DNA of 64,000 nucleotides from Octopus sinensis (Eukaryota), in assembly GCF_006345805.1 (NCBI RefSeq), contig NC_043003.1:90086001-90150000 (forward strand). The letters are read 5' to 3'. Made by a program: the position numbers and the translations under genes. Positions 33,299 to 47,180 of the stretch are shown in pieces; the first letter of the stretch is position 1, and each line of letters opens with the position of its first letter. The notes under the pieces are model-generated. The model had not been told where the DNA came from. It made no database searches and saw nothing but the letters and a program-made list of their open reading frames with translations.

Positions 33299-36109
33299 TG
33301 TCCTAAATGGCGTAATCTTTCATAGTTGTGCTTTTGAATGTAGTAATTCTTTCTGTTTCCTCACCTACTGTTATTTCTCTGTTTCCTTGGTGCTTTACAG
33401 TGGTTTAATTAAGACTTTAGCTCTTATTTCTAGCAGGTTGATGCTTTTCTGCATCCTTATGCTTTGTGCTGATTTGTAATTTATAGCTAAATAATGCTTT
33501 TTGCCTGCAAACCTATGTTACTAGTGTTGATACCATCAATTTTTAATTTTATCCACAGATGATATTAACAATAGTGACATCTTATTTCAAACCTTAGTGT
33601 TTGAATGTTTTGTTTATATATATACATATACTTTTATTTGTTTGTTATTTGACTGCAGCCATGCTGGAGCACTGCCTTTTAGTTGCACAAATCAACCCCA
33701 GGACTTTATCAGTAAGCCTATTACTTATTCTATCTGTATCTTTTGTTTATTGGTATAATGAATGGATGATGTTTGGGATATAACTGCTTTTTAATATCAA
33801 ATTTTGTGAGACTTAACTAGTGATTTGTTATCACTAAGCTATGAATAGGTACAACAGGGAAACAATTCTCTGCTTTAAATAATAGTCATGCTATGACTAA
33901 CACATGTTTCATTAACTTTCAGGATTGAGTTAACATTTTTCAAAGAGTTACATTAGTAACATAGAGATGCTATTAATAGTGTTATCACCTAAATATTGTT
34001 GAATATATGATTCGCATTGTCTACAGTTATGAAATTAATAAATGAAAAAATTTTCAAAAAAGAGATTTTGAAGACAAATATCATGAGAAACATATATAAA
34101 TCTAGAAATTTTTTGAATCTTTAAAGATATAAAAAAAAAAGAAGTTCTTTGGAGGTTTTGATAAATAAGAACCAACAAATGCATGAAATTCCTTTTATCA
34201 GATTCACTTTATATGTAACATATCTAAATGTCTCTGTGTTCACTTGCCTCAACATCTCATTCTTTTACCTGAAGTCTATGTAGCTGCATTTTAAAGTTAT
34301 AGTTTTGGCACATTCCTCATAATCATCTATAAAAAGTGACTTTTATCCTAACTGGTAAAAACTAAGCTTTCAGATTAAATAATGTAACAACTTCTTACAT
34401 TATATGTAGCTTGTCTGTTATTAAAGTTTTAGCAAATGGCATATAATATATTAGAGACAAAAAATATTTTTCTATTCAAGAAGCAGGAGATATATTAACA
34501 CATTTTTTAATGGTAACTCATCTATGAAATTTAACAATGACTTAGTAACTACTACAAAATATATACATAAAAGAAAGGGACAGAAATAAAGAAGCCAAAA
34601 GATGAAGATTTCTAAAGTTATGTTTATCCATTGGTGATCGGTATAGTCAATGACTTTGACCATACAACACTTCTACAGAAGACACATCCATGCAGGGAAA
34701 CAGAGAATCACTACCCTTCTTTACACTATACCTTCTGTGTGCTTGAACCAGTGAAAGTGGTAGTATTTCATTGTTGTGTCAAACCTGAACCACTGAAATG
34801 AAAGGCATAACGTCTGTGCTGCCAATAAGGTTTATCTATCAGTAATCGATGAAGACTATCACTGATTGTGCAGTACTTCAACAAGAGATGCAGGCATAGT
34901 ATGTCACTAAATCAAATAAATGTTTGTGTGTCTCAGCTTTTTAAATTAATCTCTACAATACACTTTCTTAGAAGGATATTCTCTACTTTTATTTGGAATT
35001 ACATTCTGTTAGAGTGGGGAACTAATAATATTGAGGAGTAAAGATGATTTTCAATGTGTGAAGCTTATCTAATCAATAACAATAGTATAATCATTATAAT
35101 AAAAAAAGTAGTCATAAATTAATTAAAGAAACCATATTTTTACTCCTTAATTAAGGATAAGGCCATATATTTTATTGGTGAAGAGAATAGGTTTACGTGA
35201 TGTTTGTACCTTTCCTGAGGTGAGTAGACTTATCTCCTCAGGAGGTTACCTCTTGTTTTTTGTTAGCTATGCTTACAATAATAATGATTTCTAATATTGG
35301 CACAAGACTACACTTTTGAAATGAAAAACAAGATTTGCTTATATTGATCTTAGGATTTGGCTGGTACTATATTTTATCAACCCAGGAAGGTTGAAAACCA
35401 AAGTTGACTCTGATGAGATTTGAACACGGAATATAAAGTAACAACTAAATCCTTCAGGACATTTTATTTTGCTTGTCACCCTACAAACTTTGCCATGTTT
35501 TTTCAAGATCATGTGGGAGGGCTATAATTAGTTGTATCAACTCCAATTGTTGATGGTTTTATTGATTTGGAAAGCAGAAAGGTAAAGTTGACCCTAGTGT
35601 AAGCTGAACACAATAAAGGGCCAATCAAGGGATAAATGCCACAAAGCATTTTGTCAAGCACTCTACCAGTTCTGTTAACTCACTCACTCATTATTAAGAT
35701 AATGACAATAAAGGCAGCAGTGAGTAAGCTGGCAGAACATTTAGAGCATTGGAAAAATTGCTTAGTAGCATTTCTGCTAACATTCTGAGCTCAAAACCTG
35801 CCAAGGTTAATTTTGCCTTTCATCATTTTGGGACTCTTGAAATAGAGTACCAGCCAAATAATGGACATGATGGTATTATTAGCCTTGTGCCTTATTCAGA
35901 AGCCATTGAGATAATGAGGATAAATGATTTTGAGGCTAATTTTGTAAGGAAAGTAATATAATGGACTGAACAGGCCTCAACAATAACAGCATGCATCATT
36001 CTGTTGGTGTCATAACTGTGATAGAATTTGTTCCTTTTTTTCACTCTAGAAAATAATTTGGATTATTGAACAGATCCATCAGGTCTAATAGGAAAGTTTA
36101 GCATAAGTT

Positions 36110-36700
36110 ACAGCCTGATAAATGGAAACTCTCTACTGACTTTTTGAAGAAATGATAATAAATATGCTTCCATCCCTGTTGGACACTTAGTGATCATGAA
36201 GGAAACATGAAAATTTGGTGTCTTCTTACACAAGATTAAATGGTCTCATGAAGCAATTCATAAAAGCTTTCCCACAGGATGGAGAGGGCTTCAAGTTTTT
36301 TCTATAGCAAGTGTCCAGGTTGAAGAGGGTGTATTTTCAGATATAAGAAATTTGTCAAGGACGAAAACTTTGAAAATTTCTCTTAGTGATTCTTATAAAG
36401 ATGCATGGATTAGTTTTAATGAAGCGATGAAGAACTTCTAGGGTAATCACAAGGATCCAAAATACAAAGACATAGTGGGAAGAATACTGGGAATTTCGGA
36501 GGCCTTAGGATGTAAAATATGCATTAAAGTTCATTTCCTAAATGCCCATTAGGATTTCTTTCTGGAAAATCTGAGTAATGTGAGTAAAGAGCTAGGAAAA
36601 AGGTTTCATCATGACATAAAGGAGATGGAAAGAATATCAGGGAAGATGGAATGTCAATTTGATGTCAATAGGAATGTCCAGATGCTCACAAGTGAAAGAG
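36110..36700 (+). mobile_element. Degenerate DNA transposase remnant, probably Chapaev3-like (CMC)
   Basis: Fragments GLMKQFIKAFPQDGEGFKF, GNHKDPKYKDIVGR, IKVHFLNAH.DFFLENL..VS.E.GKRFHHDIKEMER match a recognisable SEEQGERFHQDI-type transposase family. The superfamily label is from memory. Confidence 0.6.
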
Positions 36701-37860
36701 TTTCAGGTATAACTCCCAAGTGGAAAAGAAGAGATTTTCAGGTGCTGAACCAAAAGATGAATGGAACTTATTGTAAAAATCTACTTTCTTATACTTCAAT
36801 TGCATTTGTGCCATTTTATTTTGCTCAATAAAGTACCAAATTAATTTTTATTTGCTTCATTTTGTCCTAACATTTGCAGATTTACCTACAAATTATGGTA
36901 GATTCTATTATTAAGTTGTGAGAAAACCTTAGGTAAAGGAAAGTGATTTTTTGATATCTTGAATTAGCACCACAAAAATATATAGAGTAACATACAATTA
37001 TCAAAATGTTTCATTTTGCAGACCTATGCAATAAACAAAAAATATAGATAAAAAGGAATTTTGGAAGAGAAGATATATGATGTCCATATATAAGAAAAGA
37101 AATATCTTGGCTTATGTTGCATTCTATGGATTACATAGATTCTAGAAAAAACATGGAATGTATTAGAGAATAAAACGATTTTCTAGAATTTTTGAAAATA
37201 ATAAAATTGTTTGAAAAAAAAAACAAAGCAATAATATCACAGTTTTTCCTTGTTTGGTTTGACTTGGTGATAATGCATCATTCTTTATCAAGGTTTCTGC
37301 AATGAAATAAAATGAAAAGTACAATTTATTATGTAAGTGTGAAAGAGGGAAGTAGATTGTTTTCCAGGACAGAGAGGTTGAAAAGTTTGCTTTCCAGTGA
37401 CATGGTTTAGGGTTCAGTCAACCAAAGCCTTGAGTGAGTTTGGCAGACAGTAACTGAAAGAAGCCCATTGTGTATGTATATGCACACATGTGAGCAGGCG
37501 TATGTGTGTATGTATGTTTGTGTTTTCTTATCATGACATCCTGTGATTTGTAAATAAGGGTCTATTTCATACAAGCAGTGTCATTCATTTCCAATATTCT
37601 GTAAAATCGTTGTCTGACCGTGAGGAAATATTACCTAAGTTGGAAACAGGTGAGTGTTGGCAGCAGGAAGGCTGTATGTCTGGAGAAAATCTTGCTTCAA
37701 TAAATTCCATGAAAAATGGAACATTAAAATGGTGATGATGATGATGTAATATAAATTTGTTGAAACGAACTCCTCTGCTTAGTTGCCTATGCTGTCCAGA
37801 TTCAGCTCTTGTCTTTGAGTATCATTTGTGATTTATTTCACTTTACAGCTCAGTGTTGTC

Positions 37861-37937
37861 CACATAACTGAATACTGTTGTGGAGTGACTCTCTGTCATT
37901 GACAGGAAGTCAATCCACAACAGTATTCAGTTATATG
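37861..37937. repeat. 77-nt near-perfect palindrome
   Basis: Perfect 21-bp arms (37864-37884 and 37914-37934), with pairing continuing inward to a 3-nt loop. Confidence 0.95.
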
Positions 37938-39054
37938 ATGAAGAATAAGATATGGCTGAGAATGAAGAATGTGATGAAGAATAAGATGTGTCTGAGAATA
38001 GTCTTTTATAAGAGCCCAAAAAAACTATAAGAGATTTCATTGAGTGAATCATTTTAGCTTCAAGTATTGGAATTTTTATGGAAGTCAAAAGATCTAAGTT
38101 TTTTTACAGTTACCAAAGTATCCCAATTTATTACATGAAAAATACCACAGTCAAATTTGTCAAAATCCTTCACATAATTTAAGGAACTACTGCAAATATT
38201 TGTTCAATGGGAGTTCAATGATTTGACAGACTAGAGAGAGAGATGTAGCAAGTAGTTTTGTTTGGTATGGAAATAAAGCTGCAAATTACTGAAGAAATTG
38301 TTGTTACGATGCATGTAAATACGATATAGAACTGCACCTTGCAATGTCAACAAATAACTTCTGATCCAAGGGATGAGAGACAGAAAAAAATCAAAAAACG
38401 ACCAACTTAGATTAGATGTTTTTGTATTAGATATGGTCAAAAGCAATAATACTGCATTCACCAGAGCTCTTACAGTAGGTGCATGGTATAAAGAAATAAG
38501 TCAATAGTTGACTTCAAATAATGCACACACATAAATGAAATGCATGCAGACAAAATAAAATTTTGTTGGAAACAGGAAAGAATGAGGAGAAAAAAGAGAG
38601 AAATTGGTCAGAAACAATGACAATGATACCTGAATAATAAAATCAGGAATGTAGATTCTTTCTCTTTGCTGCCTTGCACTTTTATTTTATTTATATTTCA
38701 GATGATGGCAGTTTATTCTGTGAAAGAGATTGCAAAAGGAAAAAGAAGAAAAAAAAACGAATCAGAATTTATGATAAAACACCAAGTAGCTGAGATTGCT
38801 AAAGTGTTTTGAGATGGGCCTGGGATTTTAGAAACGTAAAATAGGTATACACATGGCTGTGTGATTAAGAAGCTTGCTTCCAAGCCTTGAGTTCAGTTAT
38901 AATGTATGCCACCTAAGGCAAGTGTTTTCTACTGTAACCCCATTACTGACCAAAGCCATGTGAGTGGACTTCATAGATGAAAACTGAAAGACGCCTGTCA
39001 TATATGTGCATGTATATATATATATGAGCAGAATTTAGGCTAGTTGAAATATGC

Positions 39055-39148
39055 TTGTCACATATTTCAACTGCTAAAAGGCAAATACATTGTGTTTACC
39101 ATGGTTACTGCAGTGTATTTACCTTTTAGCAGTTGAAATATGTGACAA
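39055..39148. repeat. 94-nt foldback with perfect 27-bp arms
   Basis: TTGTCACATATTTCAACTGCTAAAAGG (39055-39081) is the exact reverse complement of 39122-39148; 10 further bp pair inside. Confidence 0.95.
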
Positions 39149-39207
39149 ACACATTTTAACTAATCTAAATTCTGCTCTAAACACTGCTTTGTACCAATGC
39201 TGTTATA

Positions 39208-39244
<37 letters not shown>

Positions 39245-42200
39245 GCTTTATTTGTATGTACACTTGTCTTGACATCATGTGATGATTGCAAATGAGCATC
39301 GCTGTCATACAAAGTTGTTAATTTTCAGTCTACCCTGGTGAAGAATTACCTTGCTTAGAAACAGATCAGGACTGGCAACAGAAAGGGTATCTGGCTGTAG
39401 GAAATCTGACTCAACAAATTCTGTCTGACCTATGCAAGCATGAAAAAGTGGATGGTAAATGATAATGGTGATGAGGATCATGAAAATAGTAACTCTGTTG
39501 ATGAAAGTGTGTCAGAATCCCAAGAGATGTTGCTCTTGAGGGTATTATGAATGACATAGCTACAGTCATAAACAACATGATTAGAAGTGTTCTACTGTTT
39601 CTGCCAACTTATCAGTCTTAAGGATTTGTTTCCATATCTCAATGACATTGGTAAACTCAATCTATTGCTTAGTTTAACACCACTACTTGGCCCATAGGTG
39701 CCTTTAAAGGGGTTCACTCCCATGAAAATATTTAAGCCTACTCACTAGACTAACTTACTCCTACTGGTCATATAGGTCCTGAAAATGTCTCTGAGTCCAG
39801 CTCTTCCCTCCTTAGATTAAGCTGTTAAAAAAAAAAAACAATACTTTTAGGTACTGATGTAGCTGTGTGGTTAAAGTTTGCTTCCCAATCATATGGCTTT
39901 TGGTTTCAGTCCCACTGCATGGCACCTTGGGACAGTTTCTTTTACTGTAGTCGTGAACTGAAAGAAGCCCATTGTTTATGTGTATGTACACTTATCTTGG
40001 CATCATGTGATGACAGTGCATGAGCATCACTTTCACACAAGCAATGTTAGGTATATAGGTATGTATAGGTATATAAGTATATGTATGTGAGGGAGTGTTC
40101 GGGTCTCCATTTCTTAACACCATGTGTTAATTGTAAAAGTATAGAGTGTCACTCATTTCCAAAATTCTGTGAAAGCATGTCTGACCATGGGGAAATATTA
40201 CCTTGCTTGGAAACGAGTGAGGATTGGTGACAGGAAGGACATCTGGCTGTAGAAAATCTACCTCAATAGACTCCATCCAGACTCTTAGTAGATACTAAAA
40301 TGATGACGACAATGATGCACACAACAATTAAATTTTTAAACAGGGATCAGGGCTAATATTTGCAGAAGAGCTATACTGAACTACTGCAATCTTAGCAGAA
40401 AGTAAAACTTAGTTGGCTTCAATAAGACTGAAATCTAGAAAACTGGAAAACAAAGCCAAATACTGGAATATCTAAGCTATGTTTACCAAGGAACAGAAAC
40501 CATATTGATTTTACCAGGACCTGCAAAGTCATAGGTATAGCCTCTTCCCCTTACTAAGTCATAAAAAAAAATTTCACTACATTTAAAATATTCACTAAGG
40601 CAGCAAATTGGCAAAGTTGTTAGAGTGATGGACAGAATGCTTTGTGTTGTTTGTTCCAGCTCTCCACAATGTGAGCTCAAATCCTGTGAAGGTCAACTTT
40701 GTCATTCTTCCTTTCTGGGACAATAAAAAAGTACCAATCTGAGGCATGTGTTGAGAGGAATTCTTTGGGGTTTCACCTCTGGAAACATGAGTGTTTCGTT
40801 CAACATCCTTAAACAAACCTTGTTCAGGGGCCTTTTGAGCAGGATAGGTTAATTGACTTGAATAGAATTCTAACTGAGCCTCACTTGCAAGGTCATGCGC
40901 TGTTTTACCTGATATGAGATCACCATGTCACACACATGGTTGTGATGCATGTGCCTGGTGTACACTTATCAGATGAGTAGTCATGGTGGGTACATTGGGT
41001 TTCATATATTTGTACACCAGTGTCACTCTGGTGGCATGGACTGTTCTCTCATTCAATAATGATATAATAATAATAATAATAATAAATAACCATTAATGCA
41101 GTAAAATAACAATACTAAAACATATCACAGCATATACTCAAGACACATAGAACTATGCTTGGTAGCACAGTGAAAGCAGGCAATAAAAATAAGATTATTG
41201 AATGACAATAATAAAAGTTTGAAGTCTTTGATGGGAGTGGAGAAATAAATCTTGGAAAACAGAAAGCAGAAAAATAAACAACCATCCAAAACAAAACTAT
41301 TTAGAAGATACGAACAAAGTTTTACAATAGTTATTCATCTGCGGGCAAAGTGAGGTTATTCATTGACAAGATCCAGAATTAAATTAGAATTAAAACTGTT
41401 TGCTGATATAGTGGTTACAACATAACAATGTCAGAAAACAAGATGTGGCTATTGTGGCTTTTGCTTTATGACAGCACTTCTTCCAGCTCTTTACATTCCA
41501 AGTTCAAATCTGCCAAGGCCAAATTTGCCCTTCACGTCTCTGGAGTCAATAATACAATGTACCAGTCAAGTACTGGGGTCAATTGTGTTGACTAATCCCT
41601 TCTCCTTAAAACTGCTGGCCTTGTACCAGCATTTGAAACCCATTATTATTATTTGTATACAAGACAGTGAACTGGCAGAATTGTTAACAGATCGATTTTA
41701 CTCGCTGAGAGGCATTTCTTCCAACTTTATGTTCCAAGTTCAAATGCTGCTGAGGTTGTTACCTATAGTAAAACATTAATAATGAGCTGACAGAATTGTT
41801 AGTATGCCAGACAAAATGCTTAGTGTGACATTATGTCTGTCATTACATTCTGAGTTCAAATTCTGCTGAGGTTGACTCTGCCTTTTATCCTTTTGGAGTT
41901 AGTGAAATAAGTACCAGTTGAGCACTGAGGTTGATGTAATCAAGTAGTCCTCCTCACAAAATTTCAGGCCTTGTGCCTATAGGGGATAGGATTATTATTC
42001 ATATACTTCTTAACAGTGGTAAACATTGATAATTCTTTCTACTGTAGGCATGACCTGAAATTTTGGGAGCAGGCATTAGTTGATTACATCTGTAGGATAA
42101 AGGCAGTCGATTTCTGTAGGTTATTTTCATGCAATAGACTAGTGTTTGATTCACAGAAAGATCTCTCATTCACTTAAATCTACAGAAACTGGTCTAAGAG

Positions 42201-42750
42201 CCTTTGTGGATTAATTTGAACTTTCAACCTTAAAATGGCACCATTCGTTGTTTCTGACAGAAAGAAAAAAAAACAACCAAAATTTCCAGAGATGTCTACA
42301 GTAAAGTATCAATTACTGCTACAGAATACAAGTATAATAGTGGAAAAGACAACACCAAAGAAAGATATCGAAGCTCTTACCTGAGACACCACACAAAAAC
42401 TTAATTACATATTTGTATTCATGTGCTCAATATGCACTTTTAGGATAGTGCAAAAAGTCTGATAAATGTATACTTATGGTTTAGTAACTACACTATTAGA
42501 GCCATATCATAGTTTCATACTAGTATCCAAGTGCATAGCAAAAGTTTTGTTCCACTTTACATTTTACTATTTATCAGAGTTAGTTTCTTTGTTATTTTTA
42601 AAGCTGGTAACCTATACAGTATCATGTAATAAATGTTTAGATGATAATATTGCTTCTGTAAACAGAGCTGTTTGTTGTACTATTGTTTATTTTCCCACAT
42701 GTTGTGTTTTGCTGACTTCCAATTGTTGTGTTCTTTCTGTCCTACCTTTA

Positions 42751-42790
<40 letters not shown>

Positions 42791-44934
42791 TGATAGTATA
42801 CTGTCTTAAAATTTCAATATTTGTATATTAAAGCAGAACAATGACTGTAATACTAAAATAACAACTAATCCAAATGCACCAAACTGGTTAGGTACTGCTG
42901 TTTAGTTGCAGCAGTCTCTCCCTCTACTAGGTTATGCTTACAGATTGATTTGATTACAAAAAGTGTGTGCCTACATTTTAGCTCCAATTACAAGGATTTG
43001 CATTAAACTGAATGTTACACCAATTATTTGCACTAAATGATCTATGTCTTGAATAGAGGTGAAGCACATACCCAGAAAAACCTTCAACATTCCACTTTCT
43101 CTACTAAACAGTTTTCTGATTTCCTTCTCATCCCACATCTTCACAGAATGTGATCACCTTCTTGCTGCTAATGGTCTATAAACATTAACAAATATGAACA
43201 ATTTAGTCTTGAGCAAGTGTCTTCTACTATAGCCTCAGGCCAACCAAAGCCTTGTGAGTGGATTTGGGAGATGGGAACTGAAAGAAGCCCATCATATATG
43301 TGTGTGTGTTTGTGTATGCTTATGCCTCCTTGTCTTGACATCACATAATAGTTGTAAATGAGTGTCACTGTCTTACAAGCAGTGTCATTTGTTCAAGGGA
43401 AACATATTTGGATATGGGGAAATATTACCTAACATGGAAACAGGTGAGAGTTGGCAACAGGAACAAGCATCCAGACACAGAAAATCTGCCTCAATAAATT
43501 CTGTCCATCTCATGCAAGTACGGAAATAATGATGATGAAATTTTTGAGAGTAAAATAGTAGTGGTATGCACAATTTTGATTAGGTCCCTATTCAATTACT
43601 AGTTTTATGTTAATTTTTCTAACTCATGCCAGCATGGAAAAATGGATTTTAAAATGATGATGATGACGACTGCATAAATTAGTATTAAACAACTATCTTC
43701 AATCCACTAAATTTGAAAAATCTGAAAATTACAACTTAGTCAATTTATTAGAAAAGTATTCATGTCATGTTTCTTTAAAATGAAATTAAAATTTTCCAAT
43801 TCTAAAATATATTAATATTGGATCAGCTAGTTAACCACTCTCAAATGCTATGTCTTATCTTTGGCAGGTAAAAAAACCCACAAAACAAATCACACATTTT
43901 TTGGATTATTCCCACTATGGGCAAGTGCCTTCTACTATAGCTTCAGGCTGACAAATGTCTTGCAAGTGCAATTGGTAAACAGAATATGTATGGAAGCCCA
44001 TTATATGTGTATGCATAATGGCACACACACACAATTGTAGTCATGGCTAGTGCTGATGATGTGTGCAAGACACCCATGCTGGTGACATGTAAAAGGTACC
44101 TGTGCTGGCAACACAGAAAAGACACCCAGTACACTCTATGGAGTGGTTGGTGTTAGAAACCTATCCAACCAAAGAAACCAAGCCAAAAGAGACTGGAGTC
44201 TTGTACAGCTTTCTGGTTTATCAGTTCCAGTCAAACTGTCTTAGCCATGCCAGCACAAGCCTTCACCACTGAAAAAAAAAGTCATCTGTGTGGGTCGGCA
44301 AATAGCAATGCTGTTGGATCCTTACATGTTGAGATTGATGAGAGAATCCATTACGCACACACACACACAAAGCGGGTTAAATAAATTATGCCTAATTCAT
44401 GCAAGCATTGAGAAAACAAATGTTAAAATGATGATGTCTAGATATAAAATACATTTCTGGGTTATGATTAAACTCAGGGAAATTTACAACTATTTATAAC
44501 ATGGTAAAAACCCTGCCAAATCAGACTGGAACCTGATGCAGCTCTCCAGCTTACCAGTTCCAGTGAAACCATCTAACCCATGCCAGTAGATGCTAAAGGA
44601 TGATGATGATGATGATGGTTAGAATGATTTTATTCACTATATCATGGAACCAGTTTACTATTAGAAAATACCATGTTGTTAAAAAGAGTCAAAAGGAATA
44701 CGACTTTAAGAAAACTAGACAAAACCTTAATGATGCTATGAGAGATGGGAAATGATAACAGATTTATAGATTATGGTTTTATCAGTTTGGAATATAATCC
44801 AAAAGGAGTATTTAGATCTAGGTTTTGTTGTGATTTAGTGTAGTTTAGAATTAGTTTTAGAAAGGATAATCCTAGGATACTTACAACAATAGAGTTTGAT
44901 GTCGAGACTAAGGCATTGCATTGTGAATCACTAA

Positions 44935-45113
44935 TCACTCATAATGACTGACCTGTGTTCGGGTTAGCAATCGCCGCATAGCTGTAAACAGCTTCCTTAG
45001 CATCTGGCAGATAATTACTATGCAGAGGAATATTGCATATCCAGCATACATATATAACGAGATGTATCTTGGTGGCAGCCACAGTGTCATATACTTGATA
45101 TTACCATTGTCAT
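44935..45113 (-). CDS. Cdc1/MPPE1-like metallophosphoesterase, terminal coding exon with predicted transmembrane helix
   Basis: Acceptor ttctctctttatcttag, phase 1 matches the upstream exon. (N)DNGNIKYMTLWLPPRYISLYMYAGYAIFLCIVIICQMLRKLF...HYE*. Confidence 0.88.
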
Positions 45114-46975
45114 CTAAGATAAAGAGAGAAGAGAACAACAGTTGTAGAATGAATTAATTACTGATCATAGAAGGATTATTGTACTTCATTAGCCATTTTG
45201 ATATCAACTCTCCTGGGGCTACTCTTTGTTCTATGATACAAAATGCCTGTTTTAAAATAATTTAAATTAAGACCTTCCATCAAAATTTCATGTTAATTCA
45301 TGTTCCAAACATCAGCTTAATAATGACAAAATTATTTTACTAAATTCTTCATTATTTCCAAAAACTAATTAAAAGTGTATTCCAAGAGAAATGAAGTAAC
45401 AAAAGGGTTAACATTGGCAGCAAAGTTACATTTTCTCTCAATTCACTCATGGAAGTTCCAGATAATATACAAGAGAGAAGGCCCTAGCTTGGAAACAGAA
45501 ATTTTCAAGTGGTGATCTAAAAAATAACATAACTTACTCCCCACCTACCCACATACAAGTTAATAATGACAAGGGCAGTTAGGTTTGAAAACCCCAGCTC
45601 AAGACCAAGATCTAATTTGTGGATACACAGCAAATCGATCCACAAAAATCAGGCTAGAGCACAGCTAAATGATACAAATAGCAGCAGAAAACCAAAGTAG
45701 AAGTTACCTGTGCAGACCTCAAACATTGTGAAAAATTTGCAAATTGAGAACAGAAACGAGAAATAAAGAACAAGTTAGGAGTCAGGTAAATTTGCAAAAG
45801 CAACAATTCATTACCTGTGTCTACACTTGCTCACATTCAGTCAATGGGTTATGTGCAAATTGGGTTGCAAAATTTTCTGTCCTACCTTGGTTCAGCTTTC
45901 TTAGTAATTCTTTATTTTGGCATTTCACCTAATTCCAACACAGCCTATAAAGTCATGCTCATCTGGTTCAAAGTTTTTTGAGAGTTTCAGTAGAGCTAGT
46001 GCCACAAAAAAGTAAAGTGTGTTCAGGGTACCATTTTTTTACAGGGTATTAGGAAGGGCATCCAGCTGTAGAAACTGTGCTTGACGCAGCCTTCTGACTT
46101 ACTAAATCCAATTGAACCATCAAATCTATGTCACTGTGGAAAATGGTTTTAAATGATGATGACGACGGCGGCGATGATGACGATGTTCTTTGCATCAATT
46201 CTGCTGTAGCCTTCTCACCACTCTGTATGTTTTCCATACATTTAGATGTCTTCACTAAGGTAACAAACAATTTGTTAAATTTTATATACAAAAGCTCCAA
46301 TTTTAATCTCTTTTATCTTAAGTGCTGGAGTCAGATTAACCGAATCAGTATGACAGAGAAGATAACCCAGACTAGAAAACTAACAATATGAATAGGTTAT
46401 GACTAATAGACAATACCAAACATAAATGTGTACAGTGCTGTGATACAGTACTGATCTACACAATCATTTCAAGATTTGCATTTCAGTACTAGAAGGGAAT
46501 TTAGGAGACTAGGTTCTTCAAATACATTTTCTAATGATAATAACCGAAACTTATTTTCAACACTTTCTCATCTGAACAAATGACATTCCAGTCTATTCGA
46601 TGGATAACAGCTATGTTTATAAATATCTAAACTTCATTTAACACTGACCCTCTTGCATTAACTCTGTCATGCACCTTCTACCTTCTCATCAGCATTAACA
46701 GAGGTAGTAGACAGAAGTGGAGAGGAGAAGACTTCATCTTTTTCTGATATCTTCAGTTTAATTCAAGTCTATTTTTCAACTGTATATTTACTTCTTACAT
46801 ACTGTACCTCTTTACCAAGTAATTTTACTTATTTCCTACGTGAAACCTTAATAGTTAGACTTTAAATCAACACTTACTATAATTGGGCATGCCACAAAGA
46901 ACAAAAAGTAAAAAGTAAATCTCTTATAAGTACTATTTTTTTTTCACAAAAGTTTTAAAATAATATATTACTTAC

Positions 46976-47180
46976 TTATAACCAGAACACCATAACCCAT
47001 CTTAGGTTCACCCATCCGATAGCTGCAGGTAGGCACCATGATCTCAACTAAAGTACTTTTCTCATCAGAATTGATTTCAATATAGTTTTCTTCTGATGTG
47101 AGGTCACGTCTTGTCACAGGCCAGTAATCACCATCATCATTTTCTTGTGACAAGCAATCCTCACACAAGAATAAATTTGC
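46976..47180 (-). CDS. Metallophosphoesterase internal exon: ANLFLCEDC...LVEIMVPTCSYRMGEPKMGYGVLVI
   Basis: 205 nt, bounded by atctag and gtaagt, phases 0 and 1. E.xVP.xSxR motif typical of Cdc1/MPPE1-family C-termini. Confidence 0.9.

Noticed and set aside
34740-34900. Weak resemblance to rRNA or snoRNA fragments
   Set aside because: The similarity was limited to a few short words and no structure could be supported.
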